Notes: generated by a model not told the origin, from the sequence alone. A stretch of DNA of 64,000 nt from Octopus vulgaris (GCA_951406725.2 OX597821.1:12524001-12588000); one strand, 5' to 3'. Counted from the first letter of the stretch, positions 1 to 13,920 are shown. A program made the numbers and translations.

Positions 1-289
1 ACCGTTCCAAGAGGTGATCTAGCTTTGACCAACGAGTAGATGCCGCTGTGCATTGCAGCGATCCAACCTCTGAAGACGGGGTCGAAGCCTGACGTTTTAA
101 GGATAACCTCCAGATACCGATAGTCGATGCTTTCTATTGATGTAAACTGATTAGCGCCCCACTGAAGACTAGCTTAAACCCTACACTTTCTATGTTGCAT
201 CGCATGAGGTGGAGGTTGTCGTGTATGGACATGGTCAGGATTGCGCAGTTTTCCGCCTCCCTACCCAAATCCTCGACGACACGCATAAT

Positions 290-575
290 AGTATAGCAAA
301 GTACCAAGACCTAGGCATTGAATTACAGGATGTGGAAAGTGCGGGTAAAAGGCATCCCAGTAGTTATAGATATATTAGGAACTATCGCTAAAGATTTGAA
401 TAGATGGATAGAGGAAGTAGCCATAAAGCCCAGGTTAGTACAGCTCCAGAAAACAGTGTTATTTGGGACAGCTAGGATACTTACGAGATTTCTTGACATC
501 TAAGATTACTTGTTGTAACCCCATGTTAGGAATACTTTCTTTTCCAACACTCTAATCAGTTGCATGTATAAGAAT
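290..575 (+). mobile_element. 3' fragment of R4/Dong-type (RLE) non-LTR retrotransposon
   Basis: Frameshifted KYQDL.IEL / RMWKVRVKGIPVVIDILG...LQKTVLFGTARILTRFL, the C-terminal RLE-domain tail; followed by a TAA-like tail. Confidence 0.75.
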
Positions 576-715
576 AATCATAATTATATCATTGACAATG
601 TGTCAAATTTTAGCACAAGGCCAACAAATTTTAGCCCAAGGCCAAGTCGATTATAAGTCTTCCAATGGCAACTATTTTGTCGAACCGAAGGATGGAAAGC
701 AAAGTCTAAAACATT

Positions 716-1151
716 TTGTCATAGGCGTCCTACAAGTCACAGCAAAAGAGATTGATTGCTACCTACCTCAGACACCAGGAAATCCAAAAATGGAAGAATA
801 TCAAAAGATAGTATTCATGGGAACTATTCATATACTACGTAAAATCTTGTTCATATAATACCAAATATTGTTTAATCCGTAAACGGTGCTAAAATAATTT
901 TGAATATACATAACAGCAAACTCCTTTTATTGTCCTCTTAACATCAGACTATCATCTTATAAACAAATTACTTTTAAAACAAACCTCTAATTTATTTATG
1001 TTTTGACAGACAGTCTCTTGAACAATAGTCTGTGCAAAACTAAATATATGACACCGTAGTCATAGCATCAAATTCAGCTTCTAACTTGTCTCTTGAGGTC
1101 TCTAAGTGAGACTTAGTGTCAATTTGTAAAAATTCAAAGCAAGAGTCAAAC

Positions 1152-1152
<1 letters not shown>
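716..1152 (+). mobile_element. 3' end of R4/Dong-type LINE with 3'UTR, abutting (TAA)n at 1153-1201
   Basis: VIGVL...YQKIVFMGTIHILRKIL; 3'UTR (cttgaggtctct..gtgagact) shared with minus-strand copies at 36281-36440 and 58700-58860. Confidence 0.75.
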
Positions 1153-1202
<50 letters not shown>

Positions 1203-2026
1203 TTTTCAATTTTGGCCACAAGGGCAGCCATTTTGGGGAGGGGGAAGAGTCGATAACACCGATTCCAGTGTTCAAGTAAGAATTTGATAACATCATATGA
1301 AACTCAGAACCTTTTTTGCTTATTATTTGTCAATTAAATGCTATGGACGACTGAATGCGTGTACGCTCAAGCATTAACATTTAATAAGAGACACGCGTAA
1401 ATGTTAATGCTGGCAATAAGAATAGCATGTTGCAATACACACTTTTTGATCTTTTCAGCAATTTATTCTAAGTTATTTGCATAAGAGACATATTACTTAC
1501 GCTTCCTAGCTTCCTTAAATAAATTACGTAATCAGCGGTGTGTAGTTACGTGCAGAAAACCTTCTGTCTGAATATGTATACATTGATAGATAACCATCTC
1601 TATGGGCGTTATAGCAATAATATACATACGCATTCTGTATGCTTGAATGTGTGGGTGCGAATGAATTTACGCACATAAATACATGAATACATACGTATGT
1701 ACAGATACATACATACATACATACATACATACATACATACATACATACATACATACATACATACATCCCGGTCTTCATACATGTCCTTTGTTTCTTGTAA
1801 CTCCGTACCTTTATTTACCTATATGATCCCATGTTTTCTCTTCGATCCATCGTTTATTCTTCGATCCTCTTCTTACTATTATTACTTCATCTGCAGTGTG
1901 TGTCACACTTTATTTGAAGGTATTTCAATGTTTCTCCATTTAAGGCTCTATTTTTTGCTGTTGTTAGAACTTGTTTCTCAATTCTGTCTAAAATTGCTTT
2001 GGTGATTCTTGGTTTTTCAAATTCTT

Positions 2027-2416
2027 GCCGGTTCGCGCACGCATACGCGCTGCATGCACCTCGCTCTTGGACCCGACGAGACCTCCCGCTCGTTCCTGGG
2101 ACCGTCGCTTGTCGTTGGGTTCTCCCACGCCCGTCTCCGCGGGACCACTCTTCCATCTTCCCCTCAGCTGGAGTCCTTTTTCCTTAACCCCCCCTTTTTT
2201 GTTACACACGCGCGCACACATATGCACACCCACTCACACACACACATTGCTTAAATATATACCTTACTCTTACACACATTCAATCTACTCGCCAGTAATA
2301 CTACCACGACACTGGACACACACACACTACTACTCAACACACGCTGGCACGCTACATAAGCCCCCACCCCTTCCCCTCCCTCCCTTCCTCCTTCCTTCAT
2401 TTTCTTACTACTGACC
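2027..2416 (+). repeat. Upstream partial pseudo-LTR copy
   Basis: Near-identical to 6190-6564; the downstream copy lacks about 15 bp. Confidence 0.95.
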
Positions 2417-4074
2417 TCCTACCAACAGCGAATGTCCTACACCATCCGCGACCTCATCTCCTCCTCCGCTCTCCCCCCCACCGCCACCAACCTCATCGTC
2501 CGCACACCCCGCACCTCCACCATCTACTTCCTTCCCAAGATCCATAAACCCTCTAATCCTGGCCGTCCCATAGTCTCTGCCTGTAATTGCCCCACTGAAC
2601 TCATCTCCCTATACCTCGACCGCATCCTGTCCCCCTTAGTCGCAGCCCTCCCATCCCACATACACGACACCAACCACGCCCTCCGTCTCTTCAATTCCTT
2701 TTCCTTCCCTTCCAGCCCCTCACACCTCCTCTTCACTTTAGATGTAAAATCCCTGTACATAGTGATTCCCCACAATGACGGTCTCCTAGCCCTCCAACAC
2801 TTCCTCGACCGTCGTCCCGACCCCACCCCCAGCACCCCACCCTTCTCCGTTTGGCTGAGCTCGTCCTCACCCTCAATTGCTTCACGTTCGCCGGGGAAAC
2901 GTACCAATAGGTGTCCGGGGTCGCGATGGGAACTAGGATGGGCCCCAATTTCGCCAATCTCTTTCTTGGCTACATTGAGGCCCAAGTGTTCTCCAAGTTC
3001 TCTGGGCCGACCCCCGAACTATACGGTCGCTATATCGACGACTGCGTAGGTGCCACCTCCCTTTCCCGTGAACTTCTCTGCCAATTCATCTCTTTCCTTT
3101 CCAACTTTCACCCCTCTCTTCAATTCACCTCCACCATCTCCAACACCTCTGTCAACTTCCTTGACATCTCTCTCCGCATCGATCACCCCTCCAACTCTCT
3201 CACCACCACCGCCTTCTTTAAACCTACGGATTCCCCCCTCTATCTCAACTTCTCTTCCTCCCACCCCTTCCACACCAAACGAGCCATCCCCTAATCCCAG
3301 TTCCTCCGCCTCCGACGTTTGTGCAGCCGCGACCAGGATTTCGTGACCCAATCTCAATACCTGGCCCGCATGTTCAGACTCCGAGGTTACCCACCCATAC
3401 TCCTCTCTGATGCCCTCACCCGCGCCCGTCGCATCGACCGCACTACCGCCCTGTCTCCTTCCCCCCGCACACCCCCTCCTTTTCCACCCCTCTACCCTAC
3501 CCCTTCGTCGCAAGATACTACGTGCATTCGTCGCCTCCAGCTTGATCCCACCACCCGCCCCATTTTCCCTAACCCACCCCTGTCCTCCTTCAAACGAGCT
3601 CGCAATCTGCGTGACCTCCTGGTCCACAGCACCTTCTTTCCTTCCCCCTCAGCCCCACACGGATCATTCCCTTGCTCTAGATCCCGCTGCAACACTTGCC
3701 CCTTCATCACCAACACCACCGCTGTCACCGGCTCCGACCAGCATACTGTACGCATTAGGCACTCCTTTACGTGCACCTCGTCTGGCCTTATTTACTGCAT
3801 TAAATGCAACCTATGCGGGATGCTGTATGTAGGACAGACGGGACGCCGGTTGTCCGACCGTTTCACTGAACATTTGAGGGACGTTCGCCTACACTCTTTT
3901 TCTCACGTCGCACGCCACTTCCGCTCGGCCGGCCATTCCCAAGATGACATCTCAGTGTTTGGTCTCGCCCCCCACAATGGTCGCCCACTTTCCAGGCTCC
4001 ACTTGGAGCAACGCTACATCTTCACCCTACAAACTACTACCCCACACGGACTTAACACAGCCCCCTCCACTTGA
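2417..4074 (+). pseudogene. PLE reverse transcriptase + Cys-rich linker + GIY-YIG endonuclease, 5'-truncated and disrupted
   Basis: YFLPKIHKP..PGRPIVS, LDVKSLY, GVAMGTRMGP, RYIDD, FLDI, linker PCSRSRCNTC, GLIYCIKCNLCGMLYVGQT...RFTEH. Frameshift near 2835; stops at 2908 (TAG) and 3292 (TAA). Confidence 0.92.
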
Positions 4075-4120
4075 GATCCGCTTCTTTTTTTTTTTTTTTT
4101 TTTTTTGGTTTCCCGGATAC

Positions 4121-6185
4121 ACCACCCACACACACACCTACCTACCTCCCACACGCCTGTTCACACACACACATACGTAGACCCATCTACGTACATACAT
4201 TCACACATTTAATCACACAAACTTATAGACATACATGCAAACACTAACATACAAACCAACATGCACATACACACACACATACATACATACACACACACAT
4301 ACATACTTACACACACACACACACAGACATACATACACACATACATACACACATACATACGCACATACATACACACACACTCACACACACACACCGCACG
4401 TACATACTTCACACACACACACATGCACACATACATGTAGGCACACACATACATACATACCCACACATGCACACCCTTACACTGAATGCACACACACATA
4501 CACCTTTTTGCATCCAGGCAGCCCCCCTCTTTTCTGCTTTCCGGTTTTGGCTGATGGATCCTCGGTTCCCGCGTAGTGGGGCGTTCGAGGGCCTTTGCGC
4601 TCGCGCGCCTTGGCGCGCGCTGGGGGCTTGGTCGGCCCCGTGGGCTTGCGTTGTATTGCTTGTGCGTTGTGTGCGTGAGCGCGCTTCGTGTGTGTGGGCT
4701 TGCTTCGGATGTGCGCGTGCGTATGTATGCATACATGCCCACACACTCGTATGCATCCCTACCCACATACATACACGCACACCTACTCACACACACACAT
4801 ACACACACACACACACATACCCGCACACACACACACATACATACATACACACACATACCTACTTCAGACATACACACACACAGACATACACCCATACACT
4901 CACACTCACACACACACACATACACACGCACACGTACACATACACACACACACCTACATACATACATTACACTTGTACACACACACACTTACATTCATAC
5001 ACACACACCTACACAGCCATACCCTCACTCAGACACACACACCTACCTACACACACACACAAACACACACAGACACACACCCATACATACATACATCTAC
5101 ACACACACGCCTACACACATACATACACACATACATAAACACACACACATACACATACACACACATACGCACACACACATATATTTATACACATGCACAC
5201 ACACACACATACATACATACACCCATACACATACACACACACATACCTACATACTCATATACGCACATACATACACACAGACATACACACATACACACTC
5301 ACACAAACATACACACACACATACTTACACACACACTCGCCTGCACGCGCACAGACATGCATGACAAACACCCATACACTCACACTCACATACGCACACA
5401 GCAACATAAACACGCACACGCACACACACACCAACACTCCCACACACATACATACGCACCTACATACACACACACACGCACACACACGCATACACACATA
5501 CATTACACACGTACACACACACACACCTACACACCATACACACATACATACATACACCTATATACACCTATATACACACGCCCACACACCTACATACACA
5601 CACATACATACACACACACACACATGTACGCACATACTTACATACATACACCTATACACACACGCCTACACACCTACATACACACACATGCATACACACA
5701 CACACATGTACGCACATACACACACATATACGCACATACATATATACCCACACACATGCACACACACATACGCACATGCATGCATGCACACGCGCACACC
5801 TACACGCATACACACACACACGCACGTACACATACATACATACAGACACACACATACATACACCCATACACATACATGCATCCAACACACACATACATAC
5901 ACACTCACACATACATACACACACACACTCACTCACACACCTGTATGTACGCGCACACACATGCACATACACACACTTCCACACACCCACACGTACATAC
6001 ATACACACTCATACACATACACACACACACACACACGGACATACATCTATGCACACACATATATACACACATACTCACATACATTCATCGGACACACTGA
6101 CACCCAGACATACACACAGACACACTCACACATCCACACACATACATACTTACGCGCATACTCGCGGGCGCGCGCACACACGCGC
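4121..6185. repeat. Degenerate (CA)/(CATA) low-complexity array inside the PLE, interrupted by a GC-rich island at about 4505-4750
   Basis: Direct reading. Confidence 0.95.
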
Positions 6186-6189
6186 TTGC

Positions 6190-6564
6190 GCCGGTTCGCG
6201 CACGCATACGCGCTGCATGCACCTCGCTCTTGGACCCGACGAGACCTCCCGCTCGTTCCTGGGACCGTCGCTTGTCGTTGTGTTCTCCCACGCCCGTCTC
6301 CGCGGGACCACTCTTCCATCTTCCCCTCAGCTGGAGTCCTTTTTCCTTAACCACCCCTTTTTTGTTACACACACGCGCACACAAATACACACCCACTCAC
6401 ACACACACATTGCTTAAATATATACCTTACTCTTACACACATTCAATCTACTCGCCATTAATACTACCACGACACAACTACTCAACACACGCTGGCACGC
6501 TACATACGCCCCCACCCCTTCCCCTCCCTCCCTTCCTCCTTCCTTCATTTTCTTACTACTGACC
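6190..6564 (+). repeat. Downstream pseudo-LTR segment
   Basis: Direct repeat of 2027-2416; continues 3' to the hammerhead motif. Confidence 0.95.
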
Positions 6565-6887
6565 ACTGTCTGCTATGCCTACTACTGTCTCGCCCTACCT
6601 CACACGCCTACACACAGACGCACACACTAACACATACATATATTTTTTGTTTTTTTATCTCGCCTCACACACACATACACACACGCACACGCACACACTC
6701 ACACATACACACACATCTGTTGCGTTACCAACCCTGTCTCCACTCTTTTGGCTTTAAAAACCTACTTTGCTCTTGTTATCGTAAACTTCCGCCTTTCACC
6801 ATGTGTACTTCGTAAACACCAGTCGTTTTTTTCTCCATCTCCTGTTGCCCGCTTTGGGATCTTTCTTTCCTCTCTCTTCCTTCTTTA

Positions 6888-6923
6888 TGTTTCCGACGAA
6901 GAGCTCCGCTCGAAACGTCATAC
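6888..6923 (+). ncRNA. Minimal type I hammerhead-like motif (PLE pLTR type)
   Basis: gttt-CCGACGA-A-gagc(tcc)gctc-GAAA-CG-TC-atac; C instead of U at position 4; one stem I mismatch. Confidence 0.7.
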
Positions 6924-7007
6924 CTTCCTGCTTCCATATTTCCTGAGCGCCTAATAATACTGTAATTGTTCCACTGTTGTTGTTTTTTTGTTTTCCCGTT
7001 TGGATTA

Positions 7008-7056
<49 letters not shown>

Positions 7057-7131
7057 GTATGTATATATATATATATATACATATATATGTTTGTATATAT
7101 ATATATGTACGTATGTATGTATGTATATATA

Positions 7132-7743
7132 CTAGCGGTCCACCCAGCTTTCGACCTGATCAGTACCATGCTCGAATGCATTCTTGAAGCATATATATGT
7201 CTGTCTTTTGTCTCTTCCCCCTCTGTCTCACTTGCTTTTTCTTCCTAACCCACATGCTATCTGCTTCACTTATTTGTCTCTACAGAGGAAAAGAGGGAGA
7301 CCAAGTGAGAGAGAGACACACACACACACATTTACAACTAGAAAGAGAGAGAGAGAGGGGGTGGGGAGATAGTGAGAGAGATGGGGACTTAGGGAGTTGC
7401 ATACAGACAGAGAGGAAGCAGATGTCCGACTTGAAAGGAATAAACGTAATGTCTAAACTTAGAGAAAGTTGGCGGTGGATTGAGCGAATTGTGGAGGATA
7501 TTTTTCATTCTGTAAAAAGCGCTGCGGTGAAATAGACAGTAGGGGTATTGCTAGAAATAGGGCCAGTACACCACACACCCACCCTCTCCCCATTCTATTT
7601 TCGGAAAATAAGAGCACAGCTATTTATGGAATGTTCAAATTAATTTAAACGGCACAAAAAACCGGAAATATGAACATTTTTATTTAGTGTTTTCAGTGAT
7701 TATCCTAGAAACAAAGAAACATTGCTTTTTATAAGGATATAGA
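7132..7743 (-). mobile_element. Non-autonomous Helitron-like element
   Basis: Minus strand begins TCTATATCCTTATAAAAAG and ends ...caggtcgaaagctgggtggaccgCTAG|T with an imperfect subterminal hairpin; 5' flank is not the canonical A. Confidence 0.55.
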
Positions 7744-8266
7744 CGTTATTGTGTGATTCAAATCCAAGAATTATGTTCAATGTCACTTATCAAATTTATC
7801 TGACCGAAACTGTCGTATATGATCGTGATTTGATCTGTCATGAGGGGTCAGAAAAAACATGGCATCCTACTAGTAGAACCCTTCGTCATGACAAGTTATT
7901 GTACAGAATATTCTCAACACTCTTATGGAATATGCTAATACCATTGGCTATTTGATTTATAGTCAATCGCACTATCATTCATCATGGTGAACTCCATTAA
8001 TGTTCTACTTGGTGGAGAGAATTGCAAGACGTCAAGACCATGGGGCATGTTCAAGACTCTCCCTTCTCCCCCCTAAATTCGGCTGCACATTTTTGCACTG
8101 TTTATATAGTCCGAGAGTCATCCTGGGTTGTGGCAGCCATGTCTGCGTGAATGTCCTGGGGGGACATCCTGTAGCTAGTTGATAACACCACGATGTCGCT
8201 TTTAGTTTGGTTCGGGTTCTCCTTTGAAGTCACATATCAATTTACCTAGAAAAATGCAGTTAATAA

Positions 8267-8686
8267 TCTTTATATATAAAAGTGAAGTTGTGTGTCTGTC
8301 TCCTACGATTTAGATTCCTAACTACTCCCACATTTTGAGGTCCAGTTTAACCAAAACCGGGTATCTTATAGTCATGATTCATATCGAGCCCTTCTGTGTA
8401 TTAGCGCGCGTCTACGATGAGTCTACGATGAGTCTACGATGAGTCTACGATTTAAAAAAAAATTACCTTCATTTTTTTCCATTTTAATGCATTTTTTTCG
8501 CTATTATATAAGGGAAGTAACTCTCTAAAAATGTCTACGATGAGTCAACGATTTAAAAAAAAAATTACCATCATTTTTTTTCTATTTTTAATGCATTTTT
8601 TTGTTATTTTTTGGCTATACCTCTCTAAAAATGCTTATATAGTTATTTCCCTTACAAACCCGAGCAACGCCGGGCGATACTGCTAG
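8267..8686 (+). mobile_element. Non-autonomous Helitron (420 bp)
   Basis: A|TC 5' end (tctttatatataaaa), subterminal hairpin cccgagcaacgccggg, CTAG|T 3' end, no TSD; internal 11-bp tandem repeat gtctacgatga and ~100 bp internal duplication. Confidence 0.88.
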
Positions 8687-9169
8687 TAAGATATGAAATT
8701 AATGCATGCTTGATTTTTTGAGCTCAAGCATTTCTCCTTCATAGGCAGCCTATGAACATTTCAGCCCACCCTCATATTGCGAAAATTGATGTAGAAAGAG
8801 AAAAGTGCTCGACAACAAGATATTTAATGAAGAGCAAATCAAGCTCGCTAGATATGTCAGGCTAGACGGGGAGGTTAAGCAACTGTGATCGCTGAGCAAG
8901 TCGGTTGTTATACCAAAATTTTTACATTACGTTAAGACCTTCACAAGTATACTCAAGAAACAGGATTTGCAATGCGGGGTGGAATACTTCAGTGGGTGCT
9001 TAGAAAATGAGGAGTGCGATCTCAGTTAACTTGTAGTGAACTATTGAGGCTATAACACATCCGCAGCGTTAGAAGCGGGGCACAGAAAACATAATGATGA
9101 TGATGAATACGATGATTATGATAATATTGATGTGGCAGCTACGAGAGTCAAATATAAAGGATAACATTA

Positions 9170-9405
9170 GTTATCGGAACATTGGGTTCAATACTACACA
9201 ATCAGAATAAAAGAAAAACGCCTGAAAGCCTTACAGATAACCTACAATCTAGATGTATTGCAAAAGTCAGCTTTAGTTGGAATTGCACGCAAATGGCGTA
9301 AAGTAACGTCTGTCTGAGGTCCTTGTGACTTGACAAGCAGAACAAATCACCGGTAGACACAATATATTCAAACAACCTCACGATATTGTATAACTGTGAA
9401 ACATC

Positions 9406-9475
<70 letters not shown>

Positions 9476-10145
9476 GAAGACGTGACAGAGTTGGCATTAT
9501 AAAATGAAAACTGATGACAAATGGTACAAGCACCACCCTGAAGTCGTAACTGAGGCAGAAAATATAACTATTCTTTGAGATTTTCTAGTATGTACAGACC
9601 GGACCATCAAAGCAAATAAACCTGATATTGCTGTGAAAGACCAAAACAATAAAATATGTTTATTGATTGACAAGAGCATACTCTGTGACTATAATATCTC
9701 GGCAAAAGAATTTGATGAGCTCAGAAAATATAATATTTGTTAATCGAAATCAAAAATATATGGCATCACAAAGATATGAAATCAAAAAGATATGGTAAAT
9801 TAAAAACAATTTACAGAAAAATACCTACGCTGCTGACTTGCAATAAGTTTCAATACCCAAAAGCAATCGTTGGTAGTCTTTATACTTTCCCAGAGCACAC
9901 GGAGGTCAAGGCTTGATCCAGTGAAAACTCTCTTTCAAAACCACCAAAGATAAAGTTGAAAACATAGATATTGCCACTCTAGGAGAATTTAGTATCCAAA
10001 CAAACAAGTTATCATGGATGAAAATCATGTAGACAATACACATTTGCTCATAGATATATCAATTCCAGCAGATATATATATGTCTAAAATCCATTCGAAA
10101 AGCGACCCAAATAAAAAAAAAGACCTTCAAATAGAGATCCCAAAA
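9170..10145 (+). mobile_element. Cluster of degraded R4/Dong-type LINE fragments around (TAA)n at 9406-9472
   Basis: LQKSALVGIARKWRKV; KWYKHHPEVVTEAENITIL*DF..CTDRTIKANKPDIAV; LYFPRAHGGQGL. Confidence 0.75.
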
Positions 10146-10384
10146 CATAGAATTATTGGAACTTTGTTATGACAAATTTCAAGGCAAATATTTGTCTTAA
10201 CATCTTGGAGAGGGCGAGTCTCCTTAGATAATGTCCCTAAGTATTTTCACGTAACCTGCCGATTCATTACCTTAAGTAAGTTCTACTTCCCTCACTCGCA
10301 TTGCTTTCTCCAAAATGTTGCTATCGTCTCAGCGGCTCTAAGTGACCTCAGACAAAGAGCCATTGGAGGTTTTGGGTTACTTTG

Positions 10385-10860
10385 TCACGTCTACGCATTT
10401 ACTCGTTCTGCGCAAAATGTTCACAAGTACTAACAATGTAAGTCATTCTTTCGACCATCTTCCCACACATTCTGCAGAGGTCTGATAACCTTGTGTGGTA
10501 TATATTATTTTTCACTAAGTTGGTACACAATGCCTGGTCCTGAGGCGCAATGATTGGTCTTTCACTATTCTTATTTTACGTCACCCTTGTTGGGTCACCT
10601 CCATGATGTTTCCTGGTATTTGTATTTGTTGGTTTTACGGTGGAACTGACCATGTAATTCCTTACGGAGTTAGGTTTCTTCTCTCTCGCTAGCTGTTCTT
10701 GCTCGGAATTCGTGAGAACTATCAAGTCCATTTTTGTTAATACCTTCTGATTCCCTGTTGTCAATGCAGTTCTCCAACATTTCATACTGTTTCATACAAC
10801 GCTTCTTATGTTGTCTGCAACTCCGTACATTTCCATGGTTCATATTATTAAAGAGTATAG
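10385..10860 (-). mobile_element. Degraded R4/Dong-type LINE fragment (Zn-knuckle region)
   Basis: Reverse strand resembles 32450-32780 (IIAPQDQALCTN...CRMCGK...YRRDKV-like). Confidence 0.65.
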
Positions 10861-11000
10861 TATCATATTGTATGCTTTACAATTGTCAATCGACGCCAAG
10901 CTCAGGTTTGTGTCTTCTCTTGCGTTTTCTGATAATAAGATTATCGATTGAAAGCTGATCATTCGTTCCCCGTTTCTTCTTTCAGCACACTTTCTCTTTC

Positions 11001-11428
11001 ACTCTTTTATTATTTTATTTGTTTCAGTCATTTGACTGTGGCCATGCTGGAGCACCGCCTTTTAGTCGAGCAAATTGAAGCTAGCACTTATTCTTTAGAA
11101 ATCTAGTACCTATTCTATTGGTCACTTTTACCGAACTGCTAAGTTACGGGGACGTAAACACACCAGCATCGGTTGTCAAGCGATGTTGGGGGGACAAACA
11201 CAGATACAAAAACATACACATACACACACATACACACATATATACATATATATATATAATACCACGGGCTACTTTCAGTTTCCATCTACCAAATCCACTC
11301 ACAACGTTTTGGTAGGCCTGAGGCTATAGTAGAACACACTTTCCCAAGGTGCCACGCACTGGGACTGAACAAGGAACCATGATGTGGTTCGTCAGCAAGC
11401 TACTTGCCACACAGCCACTCCTACGCCT
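11001..11428 (-). mobile_element. tRNA-derived SINE, family A
   Basis: Minus-strand head with A-box-like TGGCTGTGTGG and B-box-like GGTTCAGTCCC; internal (CA)/(TA) tract; multiple copies in the window. Confidence 0.85.
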
Positions 11429-11439
11429 GTTCTTTATTG

Positions 11440-11890
<451 letters not shown>

Positions 11891-12841
11891 AAGTAGTCTT
11901 GCATCAGGCATTTTTTTTAAAGTTAAATACTCTGAGACGCTGCAATAAATAGTCCTTATTATGAAGTGTTGAAACAGAAAAGAATTTACATTGTGCATGC
12001 TACATATCTTCCTTTAATGTCATCGAATTGAGAATAGTACGACAATGACTAATATCGTTTGTTTCTGAAATAATTAAATGTATCAACCTTCTGTGTGTAG
12101 TGAGAAGCCCTATGAGAAGCCCATTCAGATTTATCAATGTGAAACAAAAGTTCAACATACGGTTGTTAAGACTTTGCTAATGAAAATGATAACCTCTTGA
12201 GAAGCAACCATTAGGAAGTTAACCTCAAGTGAGGCCATTCCTAGGTTACACAATCAAATCCTGTATAGCGTGTTAAAATGCATTAAAAATCTTTTGTCTG
12301 TCTTTTCAATTTGAATACTATGGCTAGCTCAGTAGTATGTTTGACATTTCTTAAAAGAGATTTAAACTGGTATTCAAGTTCCTTTTATTCTCTTCGATGG
12401 ATATAATGAATTTTGAATAATCTGCATAGTATAGTATTGAGTAAAAGAGAAACAGTAGCATTCTAATGTTCTTACCTGTATAACATGTTATGTAATTTTA
12501 GATGTGTCTATATTCAGATATAATTTTCATTTACTACAATTTTAAAAAAAATGTATTACGAACTCAGGGTCGCGTAACGGCGGAAACCTAGATTTCGAAT
12601 AATGCCAGGACATTTATATATTTAGCTTTATCATAACATTGTATTACAATGTGATGCTCTTAATTATGTATCAGATATTATTATTTTACAACATTTGCTT
12701 CAAACGACTGATACCCCAGTAGAGTGAACAAGCGGAGTACTTTATAGCATTTTACTTTTGTATTTAGTACATTCTACACAGTCAGTTGACCAATAGTAAA
12801 ATACACAGAATATATATAGAGAGATACATACATACAAGCAG

Positions 12842-12892
<51 letters not shown>

Positions 12893-12938
12893 CATACATA
12901 TATATATACATACATATATATATATGCATGCATATATA

Positions 12939-13030
<92 letters not shown>

Positions 13031-13699
13031 AAAGGAAGCTAAGAATCAAACATCAAAAGAAGTTAATTGAAAATATAGGCAGACAAGAGAATAATATATA
13101 TTTTGATAAGTGGGTCTTTTGAGTGAATAATATTATTCATCGATTCTTGAAACAGTTTTCAAAGACGAAATACCTACACAACGAGAAGACTCTATTAATA
13201 TACAAACACTGAACAGAATATAATATAAAGTTTAACCAATTATATATAACAATTATTTGGAAACAAACATCTCAAAGAATGCCACATAAATACTTTAAAG
13301 AAACTTCCTCTATAATACAAGCTGTCATAGGAAACTATTTGAATTTCAAATTATATATAAATACAAGAACTATGTTTCTCGGAATAATATATTCGCAAGG
13401 CCAAAACCATAATTGCTATAACAAATTTCACTTCTCCCAAGAATCGCTTGAAGCTTAAAAGTATACAAAACTACATACATACATACGTACACGCGTACAT
13501 ACATGCTAGTTAGTATGTGAGTTTATGAGTGAGTATGTGTGTGTATATAAGAGAAACCATAAAAATGATACAAACATTAGTTTAATACAGTGTAGTTTAT
13601 GAAATTCAATGTACATACTATCAAAACGTGATTGATGGTGTGTATAAAATAGCCACCAAATGTCCCTCAACTTACAGGCTTTGTATTGAATGAGGGATA

Positions 13700-13920
13700 T
13701 ACTCTTTTACTCTTTTACTTGTTTCAGTCATTTGACTGTGGCCATGCTGGAGCACCGCCTTTAGTCGAGCAAATCGACCCCAGGACTTATTCTTTGTAAG
13801 CCCAGTACTTATTTTATCGGTCTCTTTTTGCCGAACCGCTGAGTGGCGGGGACGTAAACACACCAGCATCGGTTGTCAAGCAATGCTAGGGCGACAAACA
13901 CAGACACACAAACACACACA

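Larger units (their letters stand above)
2027..7010 (+). mobile_element. Penelope-like retroelement (Neptune-type), partial-tandem copy
   Basis: RT and C-terminal GIY-YIG; ~390 bp direct repeat (2027-2416 / 6190-6564); 3' minimal hammerhead motif; ends at (TA)n. Confidence 0.9.

Noticed and set aside
60-180. Two CTGAAGA motifs near the window start
   Set aside because: No GAAA/stem III/stem I arrangement could be built
2417-4074. Selenoprotein or readthrough PLE (as in Naiad elements)
   Set aside because: The in-frame stops are TAG and TAA rather than TGA, a frameshift is present, and the EN is C-terminal
4209-6417. Long His/Thr or Val/Cys-rich ORFs (up to 470 aa)
   Set aside because: Stop-free translations of (CA)/(TG) repeats, open in several frames
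8410-8452. Short direct repeats as a CRISPR-like array
   Set aside because: Contiguous 11-bp tandem with no spacers, inside a Helitron in eukaryotic DNA
8760-9080. Possible RTE LINE 3' remnant
   Set aside because: Similarity too faint to support by eye
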